NCBI GenBank assembly: GCA_017499595.2
Contig: CM039003.1
Location: forward strand, 682,001 to 746,000
DNA: 64,000 nucleotides
Direction: 5' to 3'
Origin: Psilocybe cubensis
Taxonomy: Eukaryota
This document shows, in pieces, positions 50,401 to 62,526 of the stretch. The number at the start of each line of letters is the position of its first letter. The first letter of the stretch is position 1. The notes beneath the pieces are model-generated. The model was not told where the DNA came from, searched no databases, and saw only the letters and a program-made list of their open reading frames with translations. The position numbers and the translations under genes were made by a program.

Positions 50401-52800
50401 GAGTATCTTTTCACCCGTTTGTGCTTCCTGAAATATGATCCAAGCTTTGAGGAGTTCAAAAGCCTGGCTTTTATAAGCAAGAGGTATACTCCAAGGCTTT
50501 CGGGAATGGTCATCAACAATGCACATAATGTATTCATTTCCATGAATAGATACAACAGCAAATTTGCCAGTAAGATCCACGTAAATGATCTTCAAGCACC
50601 TATCTGCTCTCCCATGACCCTCTTCTGTAGATCAAAGCTTTGGTACAGTGCACACGTCTGTTTGCCAAGCACACATGAGTCATATATGGATGGCTTTGTC
50701 TGAAAAGACTTAGGCATATCTTTTACGGCGCCTAGTCATGCCATGTCATTCACAATCTGGAGATTTGCATGACCTAAACGGCAATGATATGTCTCTAGAG
50801 TCGGGGGAATGGTCATAGAGTGAGCATGGATGGCAGTTGAGGAAGCAAGGTCAAGAGAATAAAGGCGGGTAGAGGCTAGATAGGTGCCTTTTGCGACAAC
50901 GGAACCATTCTTGCAATCAAAAAAAGAATATCCAGTATCTGAAAAACCAATATTGATATGCGAATTGTGGGTAATAGCAGCAACTGATATGAGGTGCACT
51001 GTTGCATTAGGGATGTATAAAATGTCACGGAGGAAGAAAATGCGACCGTTCTCAAGACAAAGTTGAATGTTGCCCACTGCAACGGCGGTGATAGTAGATC
51101 CGCCAACGCTGTGAACAGAACAAGAAGCAATAGGACGTACATAGGGACATGAAATCACATTTATCAGGGGACAGGTGCATGCTTGCACCAGAATCAACAT
51201 AGAATGGACAATCAGTCGTCGATATTGGCGTAGATTGTGTTTGGTTAAGGGCAGAAATAACGGGTGTTTTGACTATAGGTTTAGTATACTCGTTCCAATC
51301 AAGGCTGCATTGAATTAGGAGGGAATCCGAGTCAGGTACAATGGCACTGAGGGCGCTAAAACCATAGGTTTTATAGTTGGTAACGTTGGGGTCAAAATTA
51401 GCGGGGAGTAATGCAAGAAGTGCTGAGGCATGGGAGGTGTTGGGGGCTGGAACAGCATTGACGACATCTTGTGTGCTAACATGCGCAATATACGAGCAAC
51501 CTTCTTTGTCCATGAAAGAAACAAGGATGGTGCTAGACTTGGCCTTATTGAATTGTTTACCCCCTTCACAATCCTTCCGCCTCGCAGCCTTTGACTCCTC
51601 AATTGTCTTACCGGCCATCCCGCCACCCTCTGCAATGCAATACTTGGTGGAGTGGTGCGATTTCTTGCAGTTAGAGCAAAGATTATTGGACATTTTTGAC
51701 TTTGACTGTGAGGCTAGCGCGATTGCGTTTGGTGAGTTGTCTTTTTTGTTATTAAGGATGAGTTGACGCTCTTCTGTGAAGCAAATGATGTCCTTTGCAG
51801 TAAAGGGTACCCCACTAGCTGTTCTCCAACGGATATTGTCAAGCAGAGCAATTTGGTCTTGCTCGCAAAGACGTAGTGCGTTGACGGCCATAACATGCTT
51901 CAGGGCGTTGAGGTTGAGTTTTCCCATTGCCCAGACCTTGTTCAGGAGGTCGAACACCTTGGATAGCTTCTCAACGTAGTCGGTGATATATTCCGGCTCA
52001 AGAGAAAGTGCCATAGCATCACGCATGAAATAGACCTGCCCCATAGGTCCCTGTTGCATGTGCCTCTCTTTCAGCAGTTTCCAATACTTGGACGCATTAT
52101 GTTTGAGCGGTTTCAAACGCTTAATCTTGTTATCAGAACATCCTGCAGCAATGAAGCCGCAGACACGCTCATCGTTCTCTTGCCAATTGGCATAGGCTCA
52201 GGGTTGGGTAGTTGAGTCTGGTATGATGGGGTTGGGTTTACAGTATCTGAAGAGACTGTTCCCTACCAAGGCACCTTGGACGTATTGGCTCCATTCAATC
52301 TAATTCCCTTTGTCTTTGTCAAGCTGCTTTCCGCCCTAGAGTGGTGCAAATGTGAGTACAACAGTAGGACGGGAAAGGTCGGCAGCAAGCAGGGCTTTAA
52401 GATCCTTGGCTTTGATTTTGGGGGGTATACCTTTGCCAGGCATAGTGTAGGGGATGATTTGGGGTTCAGATTAGAACGTAAAAGATGAGGGGATGCGGAT
52501 GACTCGCGTCATGAAAGGGATAAAGGGAGTGAATAGAAGCAAGGCGCTTGGCGTTGCGTGATAAGCTATAGATTAGATCAAAATTTCCTATTGGCTCATA
52601 ATCTGTAAAAATCTAGACCTAGATAGATAATGACAATGCCACTCAGTTACGAAGATTTGGACTATATTAAAAAAATCTGTACCTAGATAGATAATAACAA
52701 TGCCACTACAGGTACAGTAAGTAAAAGAGATATTAATGAAAGGTAAAAATGGGTCTCACCTCAGTCACAAAGATTTGGACTAAGGTGGTGAGTAACTACT
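47424..52800 (-). mobile_element. Ty1/Copia element D, degenerate
   Basis: LTRs at 47424-47715 and 52604-52800 (truncated); PPT TGAGGAGGAG at 47716-47725; PBS GATTATGAGCCAA at 52591-52603; broken gag (CSNC..H..C), PR (VDSGAS), IN, RT and RNase H (SSTEAEY) frames. Confidence 0.93.
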
Positions 52801-52814
52801 TTCACCTTCACCAT

Positions 52815-53222
52815 CCATTTACCAAGATTCGGCCATTCAATGATGTTCCTACTCCCAGTCACCTTCTTATTTCCCCTCGAAACGTCCCCAATCCTCTTCA
52901 GACCACCCCTCTAAGGTTCACCTTTATTGATTTTTCCTATGCATTCCATGCGCCTTCGTCACGCTTTCCCTATACACCCGCCATCCAATTTTACGGATCC
53001 ATTCTGTTTTCTGAAGGTCTATTTACCATTGTACCCAGAAGACCTGGCTATCCACTACTTTCAATCTCGCTTTTATTACCCTTCACTATCCACACTATTC
53101 TTATCTACTTAAATCCTAGGCAACGTCCTCCCTTAAGAAACTTAGGAGAAGGTTTCGTCCTATCCAGTCTGGACCACTCTTTCCCTAGGGTTTGTGTTTG
53201 TTGGATTACTTATAGTTTATAA
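52815..53222 (+). CDS. Second copy of the LTR-internal ORF
   Basis: Open, gap-free homologue of 3883-4290. Confidence 0.65.
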   Translation, partial: PFTKIRPFNDVPTPSHLLISPRNVPNPLQTTPLRFTFIDFSYAFHAPSSRFPYTPAIQFYGSILFSEGLFTIVPRRPGYPLLSISLLLPFTIHTILIYLNPRQRPPLRNLGEGFVLSSLDHSFPRVCVCWITYSL

Positions 53223-53989
53223 CCAATCACGAACTTTGATCTTCAACGTGCCAATAGCGGATGCATTGGGCACAAAACAATGATGAATGCAAACAAAATT
53301 AACCCAGGTTCTAAATTTACTAAAGCTATTTTATCTCTGTATATCAAATTCTAGGCATGCAGCTTAAGTAATTAAAGAAGGAGAGTATTTTGACGTCAGG
53401 ATCATAAAAATTCAAATTTTTTGTCACACATTATCATGATGCCAATTCAAGCTCAGAAGATGGCCTACCATTAGTTCAAACTTGGAGTTGAGGCAACAAG
53501 ACTTGTTGGTTTCATATCCTCATTTGTTCTCTAATTTGACTCTTTTCAACCTATGGAGAGATATAAAATAGCTCTTCAGGCTACTAGCAGAGACTATGTA
53601 TATAAGAAAATGGTTAACTCTACAGTAAATAAGATTAGAGTATATAATACTAACAAGTATGAGTCAAAAACTCAAAGTAAAGTATCTAAAAAATCCAAGA
53701 TTAACATGTATAATAATAATGTCTATGAATTATAAGGCAGACTAGTGGGTTTGTGTGGAGATATGGAGATATGGCAATAAAAGAGTATGCATAAACAGGT
53801 CTAAAATCATACATAAATTGCTGATGTAGCATTGGTGGTTGCATAATACCCGGGCCTGCAGTTGGTTAAAAGAAAACTAGTAGAGTATTTGTTAAGTTTG
53901 AAGTGTAAGAGACATCTTTAAAGAAGAATTGTTGGATAGCACAGGGTGGTATGGAAATTAGAGTAGCAGTATTGATTTTAGTATTTTTA

Positions 53990-56420
53990 TTGACATCTAA
54001 GTCATGCCGCTGACATTGTCAAGCACCAAACAAGCCCTCATATTGTGGATCCTGTTGTTTTTTGGAATAAAAGTCAAAATAAGAATAAATAAAGTCTTAA
54101 ATAATGTTTTTGGTGAATTTTCCTGGCCTTTTGGCACATTTGACTTCTTGAATGTCTAAAACATATGCAATGTCTATAAGATCTGGTCATGATTTTGATT
54201 TCAAGATTCTGGTAAATATAAAGTCTAAATCGCAAGTCAGCCGGACATGCTATTGCTCTTTTTCCTCAGTGTCTTGCTGCTCTTGTGCTATCTATTTCTT
54301 TTGCTGCTCTGCACTCTTTGCTATCTCTTTTTTAAAGGCAAAACAATGACTTTCAGATGATGTCAAAGTTCAAGCATCAATATTAAGTTTTGGCCTTTTA
54401 GAATTTATGTTATCCTGTGAGTTTTGCTTCCATTTGAGGTCTTAAATGACATTACGGGCCATGGAAAGATGAGATTTCTGGGTTGCTGACTCTGCTTCAA
54501 GTAGTGTAACACGTTTTTCTAATAGCTAAATCTAACTTTTTGATTTTTGTAAAAGAGTTAGAGTATTGGCAATAGTAGTATGAGACTGTGTGGCAGCAGT
54601 ATGTTTAAGGTGAATCGGATGAATGGGTATGGAGTAAAATATATCTGTGGATGTTAGTAAATTATTTGGATCTTGTGAATCTGGTTGAAGAAATCCAAAA
54701 GGATTATAGATATTGGGTGCTGATAATGTGTTATACTGACTTAGAGCACATTTATGCCAGGAATCCAAGTTGTTGTCACAGTTGTCAGCCTCTTCTTCTT
54801 CTTTATCACTATTCTCAATATCTGAATCAACCCCACTATTGTTATCCTTGTCATTTGTAGTATAAAAGCCATTATGCTGGGCCTTGGGTGATATGGAAAA
54901 ACTTGTCAGAACATGATTGGCCATGGTTGAGGTGAGAACACTTGGGGAAAAGTCCTTGTTGTTAAATATATTAGGATTAAAAGGATAGATGCTGCATTTT
55001 TAAAAGGCTTGAGTAATTGTAGATAGCTTAAATAATGCAGTGTGGACATCCATGTATTCTTTGACAAAGTTTTTCCATAGCATTTCTTTGCCTGTATCCT
55101 CCAAAATGTTATCATACCAGTCTGTTCATGCTTGTGAAAATGGCACAAAAACTCCGACATTAAGAGGTTCAAGCATATGAGTTGTGTGGGGTAGTAAACA
55201 GAAAAAAATAATGCCTTTAGAAATTGCCTTGTCAATGATTTGAATAGTGTTATGAGATCCATGACCATTATAGATAAAAAGAATTGGAGTATTAGACAAA
55301 TTATGTGCTTTTGCCTGAGGAATAAAAGATTTTTCAAACCAATCAGCATATAAAAAATCAGATGTCCAGCCATTTTTAGATGTGAAAACATTAAAAAGGT
55401 TGTAAAAAGAGAATTACCAGATTTTATCATCAATATCAAACCACTCTAGACAGAATTCCTTTCCCTAAAACACAAATCCAGGCTTGAAACTTATTTCATC
55501 TGCACTAATACACTCAATAATCATGACAAGCTCAAGGTTGGCACTATATTGTCCGTATCTTAGGCATTATGTGCATGAAACAAAATATTTTTCTGACAAT
55601 GACTTTCTATAGTCTCCGCATTGACATTCTTTTTTGTTTATATTATATATGTTTTTGGGTGTAATCTTGTATTTTTCAATAAAAAAGTTGAGTTGCTTGA
55701 AATATCTTGAGACAGTTGGCTTGTTAAATGTCTGTGTACACTTGAGATCTAATCCAGAAGGCTTTCCAAGTCTAATCTCTGGCCATTAACTGAGAAAAAG
55801 CCAGACCACCCTTTGCTTGGCTTTTTATCAGAAATACATTGAGCATTTTGGCAAATTGTTTGTTTGCTAAGATGGTAAGAAGTGTCAAAGTAAAAATGGA
55901 TCTAGTCAACAAAAACATGTTCTGTCTCTAGAGAAAGGAGTTCATTGTGATTTGTAAGCATGTCTATAAGGTCAAGTAATTCCATGAATGTGATTTTGGA
56001 GTATATGTGTCAGAGTACATATTGGTGCCACCCCTATCCGTTATCGTTATCTGTTATGGTCCCACGCTGTCATGCCTTGTTCTATCTTTGTGTTTAGTCC
56101 CACGTCTATCATTCTCCTGTTTCATCTATTGATAGTTGTCATATGTCGAGTACTCTGGTCCGGGAAGTAGTTACTCTGGTCTCCATGTATATATAGGGTC
56201 CTGGGGTCAGTAGTCAGACCCCAGCTTTGATATCAACTTGGTCTTTGGGCACTCTTCTCTCTTGACTTAAGTCGATTCCTAACAATATGATAAGGAATGT
56301 CAACACCATAACATTCCAAAATATTTTTACACACAACCACAATATTTGGCTTGCCTATAATCCATAGAAGCTAAACAGCCTCCTTGAGACACTTTGAGAC
56401 CTTGAGATTATTTGCTCTGA
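53990..56420 (-). pseudogene. Decayed pogo/Fot1-type DDE transposase (Tc1/mariner superfamily)
   Basis: IYNINKK (for IYNMDEK), SKNGWT, YNGHGSH and LLPHTTHMLEPLNVGVF motifs; N-terminal HTH region split by a solo LTR; boundaries approximate. Confidence 0.85.
56008..56284. mobile_element. Solo LTR (277 bp)
   Basis: TGTCAG..CTAACA flanked by TSD ATATG (56003-56007, 56285-56289); internal TATATA. Confidence 0.88.
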
Positions 56421-57329
56421 CATGTTTCTTAGCCATGCCATTGCAGAAGTTAGATTATTTTGAGTGAATTGTATCAATTTGTAAATGAACAAATCCATTG
56501 TGTTCAAATTCATGGACACATTGCATTTCAGACAGAGTTTAAATTCATCAATGTGACTTTGCAAGATGTTACCATTTTTTATAGTTTGGGGTCTGAAAGA
56601 CCAAAAAAATGGTTTTACAAGCTATAATTCTGCACAAAGGCATTGAACGCTGCAATAATGGTGTGTGCCAATTTTTGTGCTAATAGCACAAGTGCAAAAA
56701 AGAGAAATTAGCATTTGATGCCCTGTTATCAGGATAGACAGCTAAAGATTATGAAACTAAATACCCTTACAAGCAAAATTCTCATTTTTTTTTGCATATT
56801 CATATACCTATAGGCAAAATACATATAAATGCACAAAAAGATTTGGGAAAAACACATTATTTTAAGGCAAAAAACAGGAATTACAAGACTTTATATAAGT
56901 AAAGCAAGTTTTTTTTATCTCCACAACCCTCTGTGCCTTGTTCCTATCATGGGGATATGGAAATTAAAATCCTGGATATTAGCTAGGTAGATAGGTTGGC
57001 TGCTATGTGGTAGAAAACAAAATTAGATATCATTACATCATGATTTTTTAGTCACAAATTAAACATTTTAAAGCAGAGATTTATTATTCAAGACCAAAAA
57101 TTTTATGATAATGACACCATTCAATTGATTTGAGCCCATTCATTAGTCACAATCAATTCTATACCAAGTGTTTTGCATGCTTTTCTACACTTCCAACAGC
57201 AAGTAGAGGTAAATAGAATGCTCTGTTGTTATCAAATGAAGTTAGCATGAAAGACTATTAGACTAGGGAGGAATAGAATAAAAAATAATAAACATTATAT
57301 ATCTAGCTATCATTAATGCCACTTCAAAT

Positions 57330-57700
57330 AACTTGTCATATTAGACTTGTAGTGTTTGTACTGGCTATAAATTAATAAGTAGGTTGTGGGAATAACTTGC
57401 ATACAGTATATGCAAGTTATTCCCATGGTTATTCCAGTATGTCTTAAGCAAGTTGAACTTTTTTGGTAATTTCTGATACATTACTAAGATGCATTGTATG
57501 TGTTTCAGGTAAAATACAAGTATCTTTGGCAATAGTAATTATCTTCAATATTACTTTAGATTATCTTGTCATATTAAACTTGTTGTGCTGTTTGTACTAG
57601 CTGTAAATTAATAAGCAGGTTGTGAGAATATCCTGTGCACACTGTATACAGGATATTCCCACGGTCACCACACTCACTTTGCATTGAGCAATTTGAACTT
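57330..57700. repeat. Diverged ~236-bp tandem duplication containing palindrome copies 4 and 5
   Basis: 57384-57428 and 57620-57664 match the 45-bp palindrome family and share upstream flanks. Confidence 0.85.
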
Positions 57701-58710
57701 CTTTGGTTAATCACGGCAATCACAGCTGGCCACTATGGTCAAGAGATAATCATTTTGAATAATGTTTTCCGTGCATTAAAAGGTTTGTTCAGCATACAAA
57801 ATGTACTTAGCACATGTAATTTACACATTGAATATATTTTAGGAAAGAAATAATGTACTAGCATCTGCAAATTATGCTTGAAATATGTTTCTGCACAGCC
57901 AATTGTGTTTATGGCAACATTATACTAAGCCAAAAAGCAATCCACACACCAAACAAATGTTTCCACACACAAATTTTGTTTTATTCTTGATGCACTTTTC
58001 AAAAATAAGAAAATAATATTTATGGGGAATATTTCTTTACTTGGGCAGCCATACACATGAGCATTCTTCCATCAGTTTTTCCTATAAGATTCTTTTAGCA
58101 GATTTGGAGCTCTTGAATATTTAGCAGGTGTGCAGATTATAATAGACAAGTCCTTGGTTATAATCAGGCCTTATAATCTGCATAGCTCTTTTGTGTCCGA
58201 CACAACTAAGCTTGTAGTAGACCTAAGTCATAGTGACTTAATCATGACCTTGCCCAGTATTTGGTTGTGCATTCAGAACATATTAATATATTAACTATGT
58301 TACATAAATCTAGATTAAAAATATTTTATACAATTGTGAGATGTAAAGTCTTGTCATGCCACACATTGTGTTGGCCCATTAAAACAAGTTTGAATCTCTA
58401 GGTCAGTTTGAATCCCAATGATCACATTAGTACTTATAAAACAACATAAGATTGGGATCAAGGTCAAATCAGGTAAACCTGTTTTTATCAAAAAAGATAC
58501 TATTAACAAAAAAATAGTTCTGCAGAGACAGATGGAAAAGAAAATTGTGTACTGGTATTGTACATATGATATGTAATGCAAAGACAAGAAAACAAGTTGG
58601 ACAACAAAGTGACAGAACACACAACAAGGCGAAATAATGTGCAGCAAACGAAGCAGACATTTTTTTCTTTCCTATTCAAGGGACTGAAGCTAACATACGA
58701 AGATTGTATC

Positions 58711-61700
58711 TCAGTTTGCCGAAGCTGTAGCGGACTTGCTTGGTATGCCTCGCGAGGTCGAGGACAGAGGTGCGTTTTTCGCCGGTTTATCCTTGAACTC
58801 GAGCAGATCATACAAAGCCGCTATTTTGTCGCCCTAAAAGCAGAATAATTGATTATTAGAAGCCACAGAAAGAAGATACAAGTTGATGATGATCTACCTT
58901 TTGCTCCAAAACGTCGACAACTTCGCGCAAATGCTTTGCAAGCAAATTTCGCCTTTTGACATCCGACGCGGCGTCCATCACTTTATACTGATCGGCAAGT
59001 TCGACGTAAATGCTATAGATCTAGCTTAGTACACGACGACACCAAGAAAAAAGGGCAACATACCTCTTATAATGGGTAAAATCATCCTCCAACTCCCGAA
59101 TAACCCGTGCGACAACCGTTTGCGGCGGCACACCGTATGTCTGGCCGACCCTTTGCCAATGGCGGATGTCTTCGGAGAACGCAACATATTCCCGTTGTTT
59201 ACCTTTTCCATTATTTCCACTGCCACTGTCTCGAGCTGGTGCGGCACCCTCGGAACCCTCGTACCCCTCATCCTCGTACCCTTGGTCTTGTCGGCGCGCA
59301 GCTGGGCGCGACCAAGAATGTGAGGACGAATGTCCAGGCGACGTCTCATTGCTGCCAAATGACCCAGCCCTCTCACGATTCCGACGCCTATAACAAACTG
59401 TACATGTTTTTGCGTTATGCTCCGGCGCAGAAAAGAATAGACGTTCGAGGCGCTCGCCGCGGATCTGAGGGAATGGGGTTTCTAGCGCCTCGTCGAGTTC
59501 TACGTTTGCGTCTGCATGCACAGCATGGTTTGCGTATGGCTCGGGAGAGATACGCGCCCTCTCCCCGCTATCTTGACGGGTGCGATACCGCTGGTTTGCG
59601 TGGTTCGGCGTTGGTGCCGCGGGGCGTGTCATTGTAGATTGCTGATGAGAATGCTGCTGACCAGACCGATTCGCGCGCCGCTCCTCCATCTCCTGAGCAA
59701 TCACGTTGAGTTCCTCCTCGCCCACAAACCGCGGGCTTCCTTCTTCATTGTCATTGCCTCTATGTTGATTGTTAGGCGTGTACATCGATGAGCCGAGTGT
59801 CGCATGGTCGGTGCGCATAGTTCTGTCTGCCGCGCGTTGGGCAGGCGAGGAATGGCGTACAGATGAAGGATCAAAGGGCTCAAGATTGGAGTCATCGTCT
59901 TCGTCTGACGCATCTTCCTCTGTCTCTCGGCTTTCATCGTCTTCATCTTCGGCTTCGGAGTGAGATTCCTCTTCCTCTTCCTCAGATTGCTCCTCCAAAT
60001 CCTGTGACATCCCCACATCGCCGACAAAACTTTGCACGCCAACTTCCTGAACGGCAATCTCTTCACGACTTGCTCTCCTCTCCCGCAATCCCTCCTCCAC
60101 GACTCCCCTCAGTACTTCTACCTCCCCTGCGAGCCGCTGAACTTCATCGCGGAGTCGCACAATTTCATCACCTTTCTCGCGGATAGCTTGCGAGTCGGAG
60201 GATCGTAGGGCGCGAAGCTCGTTAAGTAGTGATTGATGCGACGCCAATTCAGACGTGAGGCGCGTAAGGTGTGAACGCAGAGAGGTTATTAAAGCTTCTA
60301 GTGCTGGATTGGCATGGGCGGTCATGAGAGGAGACACAAGAAAAAGAGAGGAGAAAATTGATTTTCAATGAGCAGATAAGATAAGATTTCCCGAAAATCA
60401 ATCTTACCTTTCTTCTCATCCACCGCCTCCTTATACCTTGCGTGCAGCCTCTCCTCATCAATATCTTCCATGTTCCCAACAGCCTTTCCCTTCCCTTTAT
60501 CCACCTTCCCACTGCCACCCGCGCGCTCGCGCACGTACATTGACCCAGTATTGGTTTCCTCGCGCTCAAATAGCCTCGTCCGCTCACGGGCGACATGGCG
60601 CTTACACTCTTCAAGCTCCATCTCGAGCTCGCGCACTCTGCGGCGGGAGATACTATTTTCTTCTTCGAGGTTCTGGAGTTGGGTCTGAACAGTGGAGAGG
60701 GTTTGCAGGAGTCGGGCTAGGGTCCAAGTTTTGATTGGAAAAAAAGGAGGGAAAATGAAATAATGCAAAAAGGGGCATCATCATTATAAATTAATGCGTC
60801 TGCAAAAAAAGACCAATGAAAAGCCAACACACCTTCGCTATCGCGCGGCCTCTCACCAGCCTTATATTGCATGAACTGCGCACCGGGTTTTGCGGGCGAT
60901 TCAACGGCGCTAGTAAGACCTGTCACGTCGGGAAGGTATACTTTTCCGCTTGCATTAGCCGTAAGATTGGCTGCATCTCGCGCTGTCGTTCGCCGTGTTG
61001 TTGCGCCTGTCCGACCACCGGAGCCAACACCAATATCGTAGAAAGGGTTCCGTTCAGGCGGAGCAGACGCGGGTCGTGGATTAGCGGTATATGACGCCCT
61101 AGAGGCCGCAGCAGCGGTACGTGCAGCATCAATCTCTTGGGCCTGTGTCTCCTCAATCTCTCTGTTAATTCCCCTTGCCATACGCGTGAATTTGGAGCCG
61201 CCTGTGGAGGGCGTAGCAGGCTGCAGGCGAACTTCGGGCTGTGCGGGTGAGCGAGCTGCAGCGTGATTAGAGGAAGCCGTCCGGCGTGCGGGGCGCGGTG
61301 TGGGCATATTCATTGACGCGTTGTTGTTATTGTCGTTATTTGTATTTGGCTGGGTTTCTTCTAGAGGGCGAGTAGAGCGTAATACAGGAGATTGCGCACT
61401 CCGTGGCCGTTTAGGAGAAAATGAGACGTGGCGGAGATGGTCTGTCAACTTGAGGCGTGAGCTTTGTTGATGCTGAGCCTGGTTTTCAGAGTCGGAAGAA
61501 ACAGAAGATGTGGGTGGTGTTGGGTGGAATGAGAATGAGCGGGATATTACGGGTGGTGGTGAGGGCGTCGGAGGAACTGCCGCCGGAGCGTGGCCTGAGG
61601 CAAGGATGCGGTCGAGCTCAGCGGTGTTATCAACGACGACAGGGTCATATGTCATTGTTGCTGCAGCCTATACATGAAAATCAAAATGATTGTGGATTTA

Positions 61701-62344
61701 CCCATACAAAAGGGTGATGAACGTACGTTATGCTTGGACTTGGATGGGTCCATATCGAACATGCTGTGTTTACTGTTCACGCCCGCGATCATAGCATGGA
61801 GGGGTCGGTCGGGATCATACTCCGCGCCGCTCAGACTAGGCTCCCTGTCCCTTCGAGCAGCGCGCCCCCCGCCAAGGCCAGTGTGGATTGTGATGGCACT
61901 GGCATGGTGTGCTGCAGTTGAGACCGTATTATTCCCGCCATACGGGCTTATACCTTCTTCGTCGTCACCAGAGCGGTACGACCACGCGCCGCGCATGTGC
62001 TGTTGCTCATCGTTGAAATTCTCATCATCCACCCCCCGAGAGCGGTTCCCCCAGAAAGGTGGATAGTCGTCGGCAAGAGACGGTTCGGAGATATGTCGCG
62101 GGTACTCGACTGAGCTGTTATTATGATTTTTGCGTTGATGCTGCCTACTGGATCTCTGAGTCCTGTGCTGTCCATCTTGTCGTCGTTGGTGTTCGTACTC
62201 GCGCTCGTCGTCGCTAGTCGTCGAGAGCCGAAACGAGAGCTCCGTGTTCTGGAGATTATGTTCAAGTTGGATACGGTTGTTTTCGAGCTCGTCTCCGTGG
62301 ATGCTGATGTCAAAGACAGTCCCTTTGGATTGTCTCTTCATCAT
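58711..62344 (-). CDS. Cep57/PPC89-like spindle-pole-body coiled-coil protein, 6 exons
   Basis: Exons 62344-61727, 61667-60833, 60716-60408, 60303-59064, 59012-58898 and 58833-58711 with GT-AG introns; LPDVTGLTS motif; C-terminal VIRELEDDFTHYKSIYVEL..LEQKGDKIAALYDLL resembles Cep57_MT_bd. Confidence 0.8.
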
Positions 62345-62526
62345 TGGTATCGCCGAGTAAGTTAAGAACGAAGTCAAGTTCAAAGTTCAGGCGAAGTGGC
62401 AGATCAACAAATCAAACGCGCGCATCACGTGGTGCGTGTAAACCCCAATTTCAGGTTTATTAGTTTTTTTCGTCGACTACTATTTGCCAATTTTACCATA
62501 TTTCTGATTTCTGAATCGTTCTTGTC
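62345..62526. promoter_or_regulatory. Compact bidirectional promoter region
   Basis: 182 bp between divergent ATGs; ACGCGCG at ~62416 and CACGTG at ~62426. Confidence 0.6.

Larger units (their letters stand above)
46416..53253 (+). repeat. Second, 5'-truncated copy of the Gypsy A LTR, split by Copia D (46416-47423 and 52801-53253)
   Basis: Colinear with 2870-4321; ends CGTGCCA; no TSD recognisable. Confidence 0.88.

Noticed and set aside
52749-52800. ATG start for the LTR-internal ORF
   Set aside because: Supplied by chance from the truncated Copia D LTR; absent in copy 1.
32105-57664. Palindromic repeats as a CRISPR array
   Set aside because: Dispersed rather than regularly spaced, no cas genes, eukaryotic context.
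58130-58183. Short inverted repeat GCAGATTATAA..TTATAATCTGC
   Set aside because: Single 11-13-bp instance with no TSD or partner; insufficient support.
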